From: Lama guanicoe | Taxonomy: Eukaryota | NCBI GenBank assembly: GCA_013239625.1 | Contig: MU056703.1 | Span: 919,185 to 983,184, forward strand | Direction of reading: 5' to 3' | Length of the DNA: 64,000 nt | Shown here: one piece after another, positions 50,115-62,258 of the stretch | Numbering within the stretch: the first letter of the stretch is position 1 | How the letters are laid out: each line of letters begins with the position of its first letter | Made by a program: the position numbers and the translations under genes | Notes under the pieces: model-generated | What the model was told of the DNA's origin: nothing | The model's database searches: none | The model's input: only the letters and a program-made list of their open reading frames with translations

Positions 50115-52594
50115 CACCCCTCCCCCAGACAGGGCTGCTTTGGGGGGACAGAATAAGAGAGCCCCTCCTCCCCCACTGGTGACAGAGGCTTACACGCTCC
50201 TGCAGGAGGGTTTCACCCCAGGTTGTTGTGCCTTCATGGCTATTAAGGTCCTTCCAAGCAAAGTGCTAAAATTGTGATAGAGAAATAGAAACCCCTTTCG
50301 CCTTTGCGAAGAATTGTTACTGCTGCAGAATATATGAATTGCAAAACACCGTGACAGAAAGATTTGCAGTGCGTTTCTGTCACACGGCGGAAGAACAGAA
50401 GTTACTGGAATTTAGTTAAATGTTGCTGGCCGCGCGGCTGCCTTCACGCCTGGCAGGCACCTCAGCTCTCCTACACTTATAAGCTGCAACAGTGAGAAAG
50501 TGACGCTCGTCAACACAGCCCTGGAACCTGGGGGCGGTTCAGGGCAGAAAAGGGAGAAGGTGACAGCGGGGAGGCCCCCTTGGCTGCAGGAGCCGAGGGT
50601 GTCAGGGGTCAGAATGTCGCCAGGCGCGGGCCGGGCCGGGCATGCTGCCCAGGGCCCCTCCTGCAGCCTGCCTGCGGCTGAGCCGGAGCATCCCTGTCCA
50701 TCTCACGCCCCGCGCACCGACCGGCGTTGCTGACACGGAGCCCTTCGCCGTTGAGAGTGTGGGGCTGGGCTTCACCCACGGTCGTCCTGGGAAAAGCACG
50801 CAAATGCGTGGAGTTAATGGATTGCTTCCTGAAGGTAGTCTTTGTCGTCTTGAGAGGCAGTGAAGGCGCTGCCTCTGCCCTGTGAGGTCCTGGAGGTGGG
50901 AGAGGGCGTGAGAAGCGAAGCTGAGATGATGGTGGGAGCTGGCCCGTGTCGGAGCGCGCGCCAGCAGGGCCACTGCCTTAGTCCCCGGGGTGGCGCTGGG
51001 GCCTTAGTCCCAGGGGTGGTGCTGACAGGCACCATGGAGGGGCGGTAGGGGTACAAACAGCAGGCTTTGATTTCTCAAGTTCCAGGGTCCAAGGGCCAGG
51101 ATCAAGGCACCAGCAGATGCCATGCCTGGTGAGAGCCCACCTCCTGCTGTTCCACGTGAATCTGTCTCCCCTGGGCCTGGGCCCGAGCTGGAATCGGCTT
51201 CCCCGTGGCATTCCCACGGAACCTCGCCTGGGGTCCCGCCCTGCTGGGAGACACCGGGGACACTCGTGGCTTTTGCACGGTTTTCCCGAAGTCGTGCGTC
51301 CGAAACCCTGAGGGTCACAGAAACATTGTGCTGGGCTAACATTTTGGTGGATTCTCTCTGTTCCTGCCTTTCCCTCAGGTCGCACAGCCCTGGGTTTTTG
51401 TCTCAAGCCTTGATGGCACAGAGCCGCTAGGAGTGAAACTATAATGGCACATTCCTAGCTCTTGACTTTCAAAAGCGAAGGTGGAGGCACAAAACAATAG
51501 ATTTGGAAGGACATTTTTTGTCTGTGAGAGCCAGCTTTTTTCTCCCCCTGCTTCCAGACTAGATGTGTTTTCCTAAATGGGAGGAAATGGAGAAAGGAAT
51601 CAGGGGAAAAGAAAAAGAAAAACTGTTCAAATGCTAGGAGGTTCCTGAGAAGGGGCCTCGCCCCGTCCGTTCCCACTCTCAGGACCCCCTGCGGAGGGAG
51701 GGCAGGGCTGTCAGCCAGGCAGGGGAGTCCTGTTGGGCAGAGACCAAGGCAACCTGCCTGAGGGCCAGCCCCAGGGAGACACAAAGCCCTCACCGACAGT
51801 GTATCAGAAACATCTGTCCCAGACCCTGGCTACTCAGGCCGGCTGAGCCCCAGAATTTCTGGTGCCCAGGGTGGGAGAGGGGAGGGAGCAATAGCCTCAT
51901 TCTCTCCACCCCAAGAGTAGAGGTCAGAGCGGAGCTGAGGTGGACGGACATGCAAACACCTTTTGGACTTGAACAAGGGGCCCAGTAGTGTCAACCCATG
52001 GTCTGACCGGGGAGGACCCCAGAGACCAGATGCTTGCAGCAGAGGGACAAGGGAGCAGGGCACAGCCCTTCCCAAAGCCAAGATCCCCCAGAAAGGACAG
52101 CATCTCCCCACTGAGCAGATGGGGTCCAGAACATAGTGGGCTCAGAAATAAACTATGGGACTGTTTTCCGCCTGAATCCGAGAGCAATGTGGCTTTCCAA
52201 GTGGGCGGTCCCACCCGCCCCTCCCTGGCTGGGGTCTCACAGCCGGCAGGCGGGCCGCAGTGGAGAGCAGGTTGTGGTGCCAGGTTGGAGTCTCTGCCTG
52301 TGAGTCTGGAGAAGGTGGCTCCTGGTGGCAGCTCCAGGAACACGGAGGCTGCCTTCTGGTTGGGAGAGTAACCCTTTGGGACCTCAGCGCCTCAGACCGC
52401 TAGGACTGACAAACAGGAGCTGCGGATTGACGGCTGCGGTTCGCCGCGTGGGCTCCGCGTGAGGACCTGGAGGAAAGCGCAGTGAGCGTCATCCCGATGC
52501 CGCTTTGTTGTCATTTCTTTCCAGTCGGGGTGGACACAGCTGCTGCCAATTTCTCTGCTCATTCTTACAGCAAAACTCCTTGTCTCCATCTCCT

Positions 52595-52870
52595 TGAGGA
52601 ACAAAGGAAAACTCTACTCTTTAACGGAAGAACAGAAAGGTGCAAACAGCGCACACTGTCCCCGCCACACCAGGGCCGGGCAGCTTTATAGGGATCTGCT
52701 CACCTGGGCAGTGTCCCCGCCCTCTGCTCCCCGGCCCCGCCAGCTTGAAGTGTGGGTGCGACCTGATCTGAAGCCCCGGAGCGGCCCCTGAGCAGGTGAA
52801 GCTGACCCAGCACAGAGGACGAAAGGTTGGGCTTCACCGCGTTACCTGGGCTCTGTTTTTATCCCCCAGG
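52595..52870 (-). mobile_element. possible 3' LTR of the adjacent ERV
   Basis: On the minus strand, TATAAA (52685-52690) is followed ~60 bp later by GTTAAA (52620-52625, poly(A)-signal variant) and ends ...CCTCA. It lies immediately downstream of the pol remnant in the same orientation. Family not recognised. Confidence 0.3.
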
Positions 52871-53169
52871 CGCCGTGCGGGGGCTCCGCCTCCGCCTTGC
52901 CTGCTCTGGCTGTCCGGCGGAGGGACTGTCCCCCGCGAGCCTGGGCGGCCGGCCGTGGCCCGGCGGGAGGAGCAGGGCTGCTCCCGGGCCCTCGGGCTGT
53001 CTGCTTGTCCCCAGGCCTCCGCCCTGACTGTTCGCGACCACCGCTTGTCCAGCCTCCTGGAGACAAAGGCCGCCAGACGGTTTAAGATGCGCGTCCGCGT
53101 GTTAGCAAGAGAGGAGGGTCCTGAGAGCGCAGGCCTCTAGGTCTTTGCCTGCGGGCGCACATGCCCGGC

Positions 53170-54555
53170 TCACACAGTGGTGGTTTTTTGGAAGACAGGC
53201 TCATGCGAGCGGTCCAGGTGGTCTGTTGTCCCAGGTTGTCACTGGAGTTTGGGGCTCGGGGGCCTGTTCCTTTGGGTGCGCTGCCCCCCTGGAGTGACCC
53301 CTGCAACTTTAGGGCAGAGCAGGTGGTCAGGGTCACTAAGTGGGGTCTGTCCACTTAGGAGGGAGCTGGGTTCGCAGGCCCTGGTTTTCCAGGTTGTTAG
53401 GTGCCCTCAGGCTCCTGGCCGGAAGGGACGCAGGGCCAGAGCTGGGCAGCACCTGGTCACTTTTTCCCATGAAGGCTTTCCTGGTTTCTCCTTTCTGGGT
53501 GGCAAACTTGAGTTGTTCCATTTTGAGGGCTAAGTTGTCCCTTGTCTCAGGCTAGGGGAATGGGTTCCACACATATGAGTTCAACCACACTTAACTTACC
53601 CCTGGGGCTCCTGTGCATGGAGCTTACAAAGTCTGATTTTCTTGGGTGTACTGACCTGGCTTAGGTGAAGCAGGTTTCAAGGTCTGGTTGGCTCTGCCTG
53701 CATTCCCCACAGTGGAATCTCCAGGCTGAGTGCGGGGTCCATTTTATGTCCAGGGCACTGGTTATCCCCTTTGTCACTTGAGGCACAAGTGCTGGACCAT
53801 TGTCACTTAGTAGGGGACCTGGGAGCCCAGCCTGGGGATTGTTCCTCTTAGCAGTGCCTTAGCCACTTCAGCCGCCGTGTTGCTGCCAGCAGGGAAGTGT
53901 TCCACCCACCCAGGAGACGTGTCCACTAGTGCCAGGTTGTCCCTGGCACTGCCTGGTGTCGTCGGCATGGCCGTGGAATCAGCCTGCCTGTGCTCCCAGG
54001 CCACGCCCCCCGGCCTGAGCGGGCCCCACCCAGAGGTCTCTGGAGGGCCTGGTATTGGGGTTGTTTGTTGGGCAGATGGGACGCGTCTCAACTGCGCAGC
54101 TGATGACACTGTTCATGCCAGGAGTTACCGCGACCTCAGCCAAACGACTGTACAGGGCGCCCCCGGAGTGAGTTCCTCGGTGAGCCTCCCCGAGGGCCGG
54201 ACAAGGAGCAGTTTGGGAAAGAAGTGGTGTCCGTGTTCATCAGCCAGCCCCCTGGCCTCTTAGATCTCCGCGGAAGCCCCGTTTCCGGGCTCCTGCTTCT
54301 CCCTTTGTGTAGATGGGGGAGTAAGTGGATGGGTCTGGCCTTGCAGGTGTGAGGGGTGCATGCCAAGCCCCTGGTCCGAGGGCTGCCCTTTGGCAGTTGT
54401 GCCCACCTTGCTGCCCCCCCTTCGGGTGACACCGGCAGTGAATCACTGCCACCTCTTTGGAAGCTGTCCTGCTTCTAAGAGCTTCACTGTGCTTTGAGCC
54501 ACATTTCACCTGTTTATTCTTCATAGTAAGCAGGCCTCTTTCCTTCCAAGTGGCC
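53170..54555 (-). pseudogene. pol: ERV1 (gamma-like) pol remnant: RNase H C-terminal half plus integrase, frameshifted
   Basis: Minus-strand motifs in the correct order across frames: ATWKERGLLTMKNKQVK...KEVAVIHCRCH (RNase H); ETRPICPTNNP (degenerate CxxC..NNP zinc finger, ~54058-54089); HRQADST...LALVDTSPGWVEHFP...AAEVAKALLRGTIPRLG; SDNGPAL (SDNGP at 53793-53807)...ALDIKWTPHSAWR; RANQTLK; QLPPKWT/PHLVTLTTCSALKLQG (integrase C-terminal domain). Confidence 0.92.
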
Positions 54556-56069
54556 TGTGTGTTTGTGGAATGGCGTGGTCAGCCTCACCAGGACGGTCAC
54601 TGCGGTTTTAGGGGAGCTGGACCCCTGCTCCCTGGGAACACCGCATGCACAGGTTGTTTCAAGGGTGACTTGCTCTGCCTTCCCGGCCAAAGGTGCACCT
54701 CTGGGATGTGCTTAGAACAGGCTGGGCACATGGGAAACAACCGGCCATGAACAGGTCATTCACAGCGCAGGCTGACGAGCACGCGGGGCTCATAATTCTG
54801 TCTACTACATATGTCTGAAATTTTCCAGACAGAAAGATTTTTTTTTTAATTCACATCTGTCTCTGGAGCAGGGCCAGCTACTCCCACCCCTGTGGCAACA
54901 CAGCCCAATCTGACCCTGTCCGTCCCCCTCAGGCCTTGTCACAGCAGAGACTCCGTCTGAATTCCAGAAATAGCCAGGGCACTGTAGCAGTCAGGCGTCG
55001 TACCTGAGATGTTAGAAAAAGAAGTCTGTGTTCGTGTGTCCAGGGTCTTCCAGGAGTTTAGGAAGCAAGCCAGAGCAAGGCAGGAAAAACTTTCATTTTA
55101 TTAAAATGAACTGTTAGTAATTTCTCCGGAGTCCACGTTACCTCACATACGTGCTTTCTGAAACATCCAGGAGAAGAATGTCGTCTCTCAGCCCGACGGA
55201 GAGAAGGGAGTCGGGCTGGCTGGGAGGCAGTGGAGGGGGTGAGTGGGGGTCTGTGGTGGGACGTGCCTGAGCCACCGCGGCCTCTCAGGAAGACCCGCCA
55301 GGGCGGCCCGACTCGGGTCCTTCCAGGCCCTCCAGCCAGAGGGATCACGGGGTCTGCTGGGCAGAGGCTGGAACGCACACGGAAATTGGGAGCACAGAGC
55401 CGGCACTGTCACCTGTGCAGGGACAGAGAGTAAGTGGGGGGGTCAGGGGGATGAGGGCTGAGGCGCAGCGTAACCACAGCTGGTTCCGGTGAGAGGGGGA
55501 CACAACGTTGCGAGCAGGGCCATGTGTCTCCGCACCTGTCCTTTGTCTTTTTTCTGTCCCTGAATTTAGGTTTTATCCAGTTATTATTCACATAGTCTTT
55601 GTCTTTGGCAGGAAGAGTTTAAAGAGGCCTTTAGAAGAACAGAGCGACAGTTGAAATCTGAGGCAGGAAGCGGGGAAAAGCAGCAACAGTAGTTTAGCGC
55701 CCAGAGCCACACGGAAGACCCTGCCCTTGCCTGGACGTGGCCTGGGCGGCTCTGAGCCGTCTGCAGATGCTCCGAAGAGGAAAACGTCCCAGGGACTGGC
55801 TGTGGGGAGCACTTGCTTCTTGGGAGACACATCCTAGTCCTGGAATAAGTCAGAGAGATGTTCCTCCTGAGAGTCTGCGTCAGGGAAGAAGGCCCCCTTA
55901 CCTCCAAGGACTGCGCCCCGAGCTGGAGGGGAGCACGTGAGGAGGCGGAGTTGGCGGCACAGACGCACGAGGTGCAGAGCGATTCTCAGTGATCACAGCT
56001 GCTGTTCCGGGGAGTGGCGCGCTGACAGCAGCACACGGCGCTAAACACTGGATCTGCTTCTGCAGGAAA

Positions 56070-56152
56070 TCCTGAGGTCAGGCTCCTCTTTTTCACACGT
56101 GTGTGGGCAGCTGGCCTACCCCGCTCCTGGGTGTCGTTTTGTAAAATGGGCC
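56070..56152 (+). mobile_element. MIR fragment
   Basis: GTGTGTGGGCAGCTGGCCTACCCC...GTCGTTTTGTAAAATGGG. Confidence 0.35.
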
Positions 56153-56859
56153 AAGGCCAGAGGGCCTAGTGCCAGCCCTCCCCACTATCAGCACCATCAC
56201 TCACATCTCCACGACCATCACCATCACCTCAGCACCAGTGCCTCCGGCTCTCGGGCAGGGACCAAGCATCTCAGTAGTCGGACATGTGAGGGAGTCCGGC
56301 CTGAGCTTGTGGTGCTGTGGCACAGAGCTGCGCAAGCTATACAGAGAGACCCAGCAGGGCATCAGTGTCTTCCTGAAAATTACTGTTTAAATGTAACATT
56401 TTAACGTTTTCTGAAAGAGCGATTGAACCAAGCAGAGGAATAAGAAGAAAGATGCTGCCCCAGGGAGAGAGAAAGGCCAGTCAGACCAGTAGAGGATCTG
56501 CCTCCTGCCACTGGGGTGGTGGCTGAGCCACCGAGGAGCTGACCGATGCCAGGTCTGCCCAGGTCTTCTCTAAAGGTGGGTAGAGGAAGAGCAAATGGCA
56601 CGAGACCTAAAAGAAAGTGTGTGTGTGCGCGCGCGTGTGCTGCGGGGCGGGGTGGGGACGGAGAGGCGCCGTGGGAGGCGGAGGAAGGTCCGCTCCAGAG
56701 TTATTTCCAGGGGGACGCAGACTCTTGGCCGCACCCCAGCGTTCACGCTCAGTTGACGACCCCCAGACACAGCTCCCACGAAAGAGGAGTGCAGGGTCGC
56801 TGGGGGAGAGGGAGCAAGGAGAAAGCGCGGACAGCGAGGAGTGGCAGCACGGCTTCCGG

Positions 56860-57885
56860 CAGCAGGTCTGAATTGGAAAATCAACCGCTGCGTAACGGGA
56901 CCAAGAAGTGCGTCTAGGCTCACGCAGACGAAATGAAAATGGAGGAGTTAAAGTCTGCAGCTGTAAACAGTGTAATTGCAGAATAAGGAAGCCCGTCACT
57001 TGGTCATAAGCTTGAGAATGCGGAGGAGAAGGGGAGGAGACCCCGCGTGGGGGCAGCAAGCCGGCTGCAGTGACGGGGAGCAGCGCACAGATGCCGGCCA
57101 AGGGGCGTCCCGGACCCAGAGCAGGCGCAAAGAGGACATCTCAGGGGGTTCAGTTCACAGTGCTCGTCTGGGTCATAGAAACCAACGATAGTGAAGGAAG
57201 AGCTTGTGCAGAGACTCAGGTGGCTGGCATGGGGTGGAGAGGGCAGAAGTCTGCGGGCGGAGTACCGCCCTCGTCCACACGAACACGTAAGACACTAAGT
57301 TCCGTGCGGTGAAGGAGAAGCCAGGCCAAGGTTTGGATCCGAGGATTTTATACCATGTGAAGCTGGTGGAGAGAATCCGTGTATGCAAGACATCTGAAGA
57401 TACACCAGCCAGATGCTCCTTCACGGGGCGGGGAGGTGGCTCAGGACACACACACTGAGCAGTTGGAGGGAAGAGCCGGGGGCGCAGTGGGAAGGACGGA
57501 GCCCGGCTGCTGGGATCCAGCCGCTGGCCCCCGGCTGAGCGAGGAGACGGCCGTTCACCAGCTGCAGAGGTCCATCTTGCTCCATGTTGATAAGCTCCTT
57601 CCACTCTTTTTCTGTGACCAAGTTCAGCCTGAAGAGCAAGCCTTGCCCACACAGTAAGCCAGGGTGCATTTTTCAGTCTCGTCTCCAAAGAGTGCAGTTT
57701 ATTTAAGTTGTTAGTAACGTGTGACTTTGTTTAAAGGAAAAATGTCAAATGCAGTTACAGTAGCACCAGAGCGGACCTATTTGAAAGCTGATGTGAGACT
57801 GATCTATAGGTATCTTAGCAAGACATTTAGAAAAAATGTAAACAATTCTGAAGCTACATTAACAAGCTGAAAAATAAACTAATTT
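56860..57885 (+). mobile_element. very old L1/HAL1 ORF1-to-ORF2-start remnant
   Basis: TTTGGATCCGAGGATTTTATACCATGTGAAGCTG (ORF1 PRILYPAKL-like) and GGAAAAATGTCAAATGCAGTTACAGTAG...ATTAACAAGCTGA (endonuclease-like). Confidence 0.4.
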
Positions 57886-58611
57886 TGGCCCAAATTTCTA
57901 ACCCAGGGGCTTACCTCAGCGATGATGACATCTGTGGGCTGAGAGCAGGGCAGAGACAGACCCGAGGACGGTTCGGCTGCAGGGTGCACAGGAAGCTGGT
58001 GGAGGGGGCATCTGCTCCACAGACGAGATGCAAGGTGACCCTCGCCCCACCCCATCTCCCTCTAGTGTGAGTCACCTCGGTGTCAGAAACTCACACGTGG
58101 GGCCTCGGTGGCAGGCATCGCTGGGCAGGAGATGGGGGCCTGTCCCTGTAGGCTTGCACTCCGCCCTCTCTCCCCAGTCCCCTCCCTGGCTGGGCACAGG
58201 CAGGGGCGGCGGTACTGGAGTGAGTCTGACAGGGTAGGAGGCTGTAGAACTCACTGCCAATGCAGGGACCTTAAGCTCCTCAGAAGGGCCAGCCTCGGGC
58301 CACTCACAGAACATTCAAGGGTCTTGAGTGCCCCCAGGGCACCGCTGGCCCTGGCTGAAGTCATAGCCTGAGGGGCCTGGGGCACAAGGAGCCACCCCTC
58401 CTCTCCCTATAGGCCCTTCCCTCCCTCTGCGCGCACCCGCCTGTGCCCACACTGCACTCCTCTCCGCTCCTCCGACCTTGGTGATCCTGACTGCGGTGAC
58501 GGGCAGCCGGGAGAGTCCACCCTCTGAGGTAGCGCCCCACACCCGTGGTCACCCACCTCGCACAGCATCCACCTCTGACTGTTAGCACGAGAGACACTCG
58601 AAGAGACCTTT

Positions 58612-58812
58612 TGTCAACGTATGAATGTGCGAATTGGAATTAAGTTCCTGGAAGCAACTTTACAGAAAAAGTTTGTTCGTTTGTGATTAATTTCATGTCT
58701 TGTCATTTGCATTTCATTTGATGGACTATTATTAATGAAGGGCTGATTGAGCATTAATGTGATTGGAATCTGAATTAATGCATTTTGATAATTTATTGTT
58801 TTCATCAATCCA
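58612..58812. promoter_or_regulatory. candidate conserved enhancer (homeodomain/POU/PBX motif cluster)
   Basis: Unique AT-rich island in GC-rich DNA with many TAAT/ATTA cores, octamer ATTTGCAT (58705-58712), TGATTAAT (58684) and TGATTGA (58744). Function is inferred only. Confidence 0.5.
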
Positions 58813-60089
58813 AAACAGTAGGATCAGACGGATGGACGTCACGTTCTTAAACCAGTGGAATTCAAAGTGAGAAGCCCGTTTTACCCTCAGTGCACTTGAA
58901 TCTCTCAGTGAAAACTGGCTTGTCCTAGCACAATAATTTTTCTTGCTGGTGACAAGGAGGTAAATTTTCTAGCTCTCGCCAGAGAAGCCCCAGTTTTGTA
59001 AGCTGGGAGGCCGGTCCTTCAGTGTAACAAACGATGCTGCACACGGTTCAGTAGCTGGCGAGGCTGTAATTCAGTCTCAAGACTGAATGTAAACTTTCGT
59101 CAGGCTCACAGCGCTGGAAAACCCTCAGCTGAGTTATGCCTTCAGTCCGGCCACCGCAGCTGCCCCGTCCATTTCTCTCGTATACATAGCGTGGAGGGTA
59201 TGACGGATGGGCTCACTGCTCTGAGCTGCTGCCGGTCGATAAAACATCTGTTTTCTTTTTCATTGTAAACAGATGGAAGCCACACAGGATGGAATTCGGG
59301 CAATAATCCTGGGTGAGTTGAATCAAGTTCAGTTACCATTTCAGCACTGAAAAATCTGCATAACCGCGTTGAGTCTCACAAAGTGAAGTTTATGCATGGA
59401 CTGCTTTCAAAACCTTGTTTGGTCAAACGCACTTAAAATTTTAAGCGATCTCATTTGAGCATTTTTACACGTCAGCAGTTCATTTAATTCAACTGGAAAA
59501 TGCATTCGTTTGTGTAAGGCTGTATATGAGATGTCACCCTGGTGGAAAATGGAAAATTAAACCATGAACACCTTTGCAACATGAAGGCAGGTATAGTTTC
59601 TCAAAAATACGTTCTAGAGACCACGTCCTTCACGGCCATGAAGGGCGGTGTTAAAACGCTTCGGTAGTAACTGCCTGAAAGCCGAGCCACCACTTGGTTT
59701 CACGGCGTGGGGGTTTGTTGACGTGATGCCAGATCGCAAATTAGGCTGTTACTTCCTTTGTATTGAGCGATTTAAATGGATCAGTCGTTTGTGTCAGGCA
59801 GACACAAAGCTGTACCAGATTAACATCCACGAGACACGCACAGTCACGTGAGTCTGACCTGGGAACCCACACAGAGCGCAGAGAGCTGCGAGGTGTGCAG
59901 CGGAGAATCCAAAACACAATGAATGCCCTTCAGAATAGCCCACAGCCGGGCCCTAAGGGAGCTGGCCAGCAGGCACTTAAAGGTCTGTCCTTAAGCTACG
60001 GCTTCTTACCACGGCCATGGTCAAGATTCTTGGCAAAAAGTCATCTGCTCATGATTTTTATTTCAAGCTACAAGAACAGAAAAATGCTG

Positions 60090-60420
60090 AATGGTGGGCA
60101 GGGATGGAAAGGTGGCACGCAGAGGATTTCTAGTGCAGCGAGACTTCTCCGTGTGACACCACAGTGAGGGATACGTGTCCCAACCCCCAGGATGCACAGC
60201 GCAGGAGTGAGCCCTGACATCAGCCATGGGCTCTGGGCGGTGACGGTGTGTCAGCGTAGCTCCATCCGCCGTGACAAGTGTCCCATCTGCTGGGAGATGG
60301 ACAGTGGGGAGGGTGTGCACGTGTGGGGGCAGGAATGGGGCATGTGTGGGAAATCTCCAGGTCTTCATCTCAATTTTGCTGTGAACCTAAAACTGCTCTG
60401 AATTAAAAAAAAAATTAAAA
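60090..60420 (+). mobile_element. L1MC1/2-type LINE-1 3' UTR with A-tail
   Basis: GCAGAGGATTTCTAGTGCAG...GAGTGAGCCCTGA...GTGTGGGGGCAGG...TGGGAAATCTC...CTCAATTTTGCTGTGAACCTAAAACTGCTCT then AAAAAAAAAA. Confidence 0.9.
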
Positions 60421-61839
60421 TCATTGTGATACGGAACTAAATCCCAGAAGATCTCATTTTGGAGACGGCATGGCTGGAAGATGCAAAGGGAAAGTGAGAA
60501 TGTTCGGTAGCTCTGCGTGGTCTCTACATCACTGTGAAACTGTAAATGAAGGTGTTTCTTTACTACAGAAAAAAAGAGCCGGTGAGAACACACTATTGGA
60601 CAGAATTACTTCAGCCAATTGTCTTCGGAGCCATTCAGAACCTCTTATCAGTGTCCACCTTCCAACACAAAGCCTTTTTTCCCGCCCTCTGGATGATCTA
60701 CGCTTTTACAAGACAGCTCTTCCTGTAAGCATCGCTGGCCACCTCCAGCTGGTGTGGCAGGTCACACCCCACTCATACTTGCGGATGGGCAGGGCCAAGC
60801 TGACTCTAAAATGCAGACCCACGCCGCACAGATCGTCCATCTGCAGTTAAACCGATGTGAGCCCGGGCCCCCAGAGCACACAGGCGGTGTCGTTTCAGCC
60901 CTGTCACCGCGTGCGCTCCTGACAGAATGTCGTTCTTGATTCTGGGGACCCTGAGTAGAGTCGGTAGAGGGAGCGTGTGATAGACGGTTAATAAAATGAA
61001 CTCGCCAACTCGTGATAGTCACGCAAGGAGCACTCTTCCGCGGGTGTCCTTTGCTTCTGGGTGTGTTTGAACGTGCACACGGTCGAAGGTTTGGACATAG
61101 TAAAGGGCAGACCGAGAAGGGGGCCCTTCTGCTCACCCCGCTGTTCCCGGTTTCTGATACATCCTTCTGGCTTTAACGCTTTTTCTTTTCCTTTTTCCCC
61201 TTGAATTTTGCACCGTGTGCTCTGACAGTGTGATCTTTACTTCACGTGTGTTAATTGGAAAGGCGTCCATTCTGCTTGTGGTTTTTACTGGGCAGTTTAA
61301 AAAGGAGCTACATAACACACTCAGTGCCCTGCTTCTTCAGACAGGTCGCTGGACTTCCCACCCAGTACGAAGCGAGTGCATTTCTCGCGTCGGCGGACTC
61401 CTTTTCTTAGCCCAGCAGTTCTAGGTTCTTATTTTACTGTCCCGAGTTCTGGTACTTTCTGCTTTCAGATGCACATCATTTGTCGTTTTAACGGTGTGTT
61501 TAAACTCCAGACCAGACCAGAGAGGCGCGCCACCTGCTTTACACCTCCTCGCACCAAGCCTCGCCCCTCCTTGTCCCCTGCCTGCGTCAGCACCGGGGCA
61601 TCTGACATAAGCGCGCCACCGTGATAGCGCCCCGCTTGGCTGCCAGGCCCTCCTGCTGGTTCTGCTCCTGCGCTCCGTGGCCTCGGGGCTCCCTGGGTTG
61701 CGTTCCAGTCTCCCCTTCACTCCGCAGCAGTCTTCCAGGGTTTCCCCGGGGCGTCCCCTGGACAGGACCGCTGGGCTCTTGCAGGCTCTGCGCGGCCCCA
61801 GCGCTGAAGCGCACTGTGCTGGCCTCCCTGCTAGAGTGA

Positions 61840-62250
61840 AGCATTGCTGGCACACGCGAGGGCAGGGGTCGCCCCTGATAAACACCTCCTCCTCTGTTCT
61901 GCTTCCTTGGCCTGGACGGCTCTCCGTGTTTTGGTCTGTCCCGGAGCTCAGACTCTGTCCGTGTTTTCTTGTGTCATGTGCTCTTGGTCTGCAGTGATTT
62001 ATGCTTGTTTCTGTATCAGCTGCGATTTACGTCTTTGCATGGTTGGCTGCTTCCACTTTTTTGGTCTGGACAGCGTTCTGTCCTGCCCACGGCCCTCCAT
62101 CCTTGCCTCGCTCCTGGCCCATCTGGCCGTGACCTCGCTTTTGCCGTCACCTGCCGTTCTCTCCTGCTTCTGGCTGAGAGCCGCCTGGAGACCTGGCTTT
62201 CTCTGTGCTTCCCCCGTGCCCGGAACCATCCTCTGACTTCCTTCCTCACT
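61840..62250 (-). mobile_element. old LINE-1 ORF1 remnant (antisense)
   Basis: T/C-rich; CTCTCCGTGTTTTGGTCTGTCCCGGAG...GTGTTTTCTTG...TTTCTGTATCAGCTGCGATTTACGTCTTT resembles antisense L1M ORF1. Confidence 0.45.
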
Positions 62251-62258
62251 TCAGGGCC

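Noticed and set aside
56183-56232. His-rich peptide PPHYQHHHSHLHDHHHHL
   Set aside because: Degenerate (CAT/CAC)n tract adjoining a MIR fragment; no exon context.
1231-58712. Five perfect octamer sites (1231, 16163, 29145, 40146, 58705) as a coordinated system
   Set aside because: Only a modest excess over chance; retained only where clustered with other motifs.
26388-59647. Small hairpins/palindromes (~26390-26415, 33331-33352, ~59624-59647)
   Set aside because: Stems of only 8-12 bp; chance-level in 64 kb and too short for pre-miRNA.
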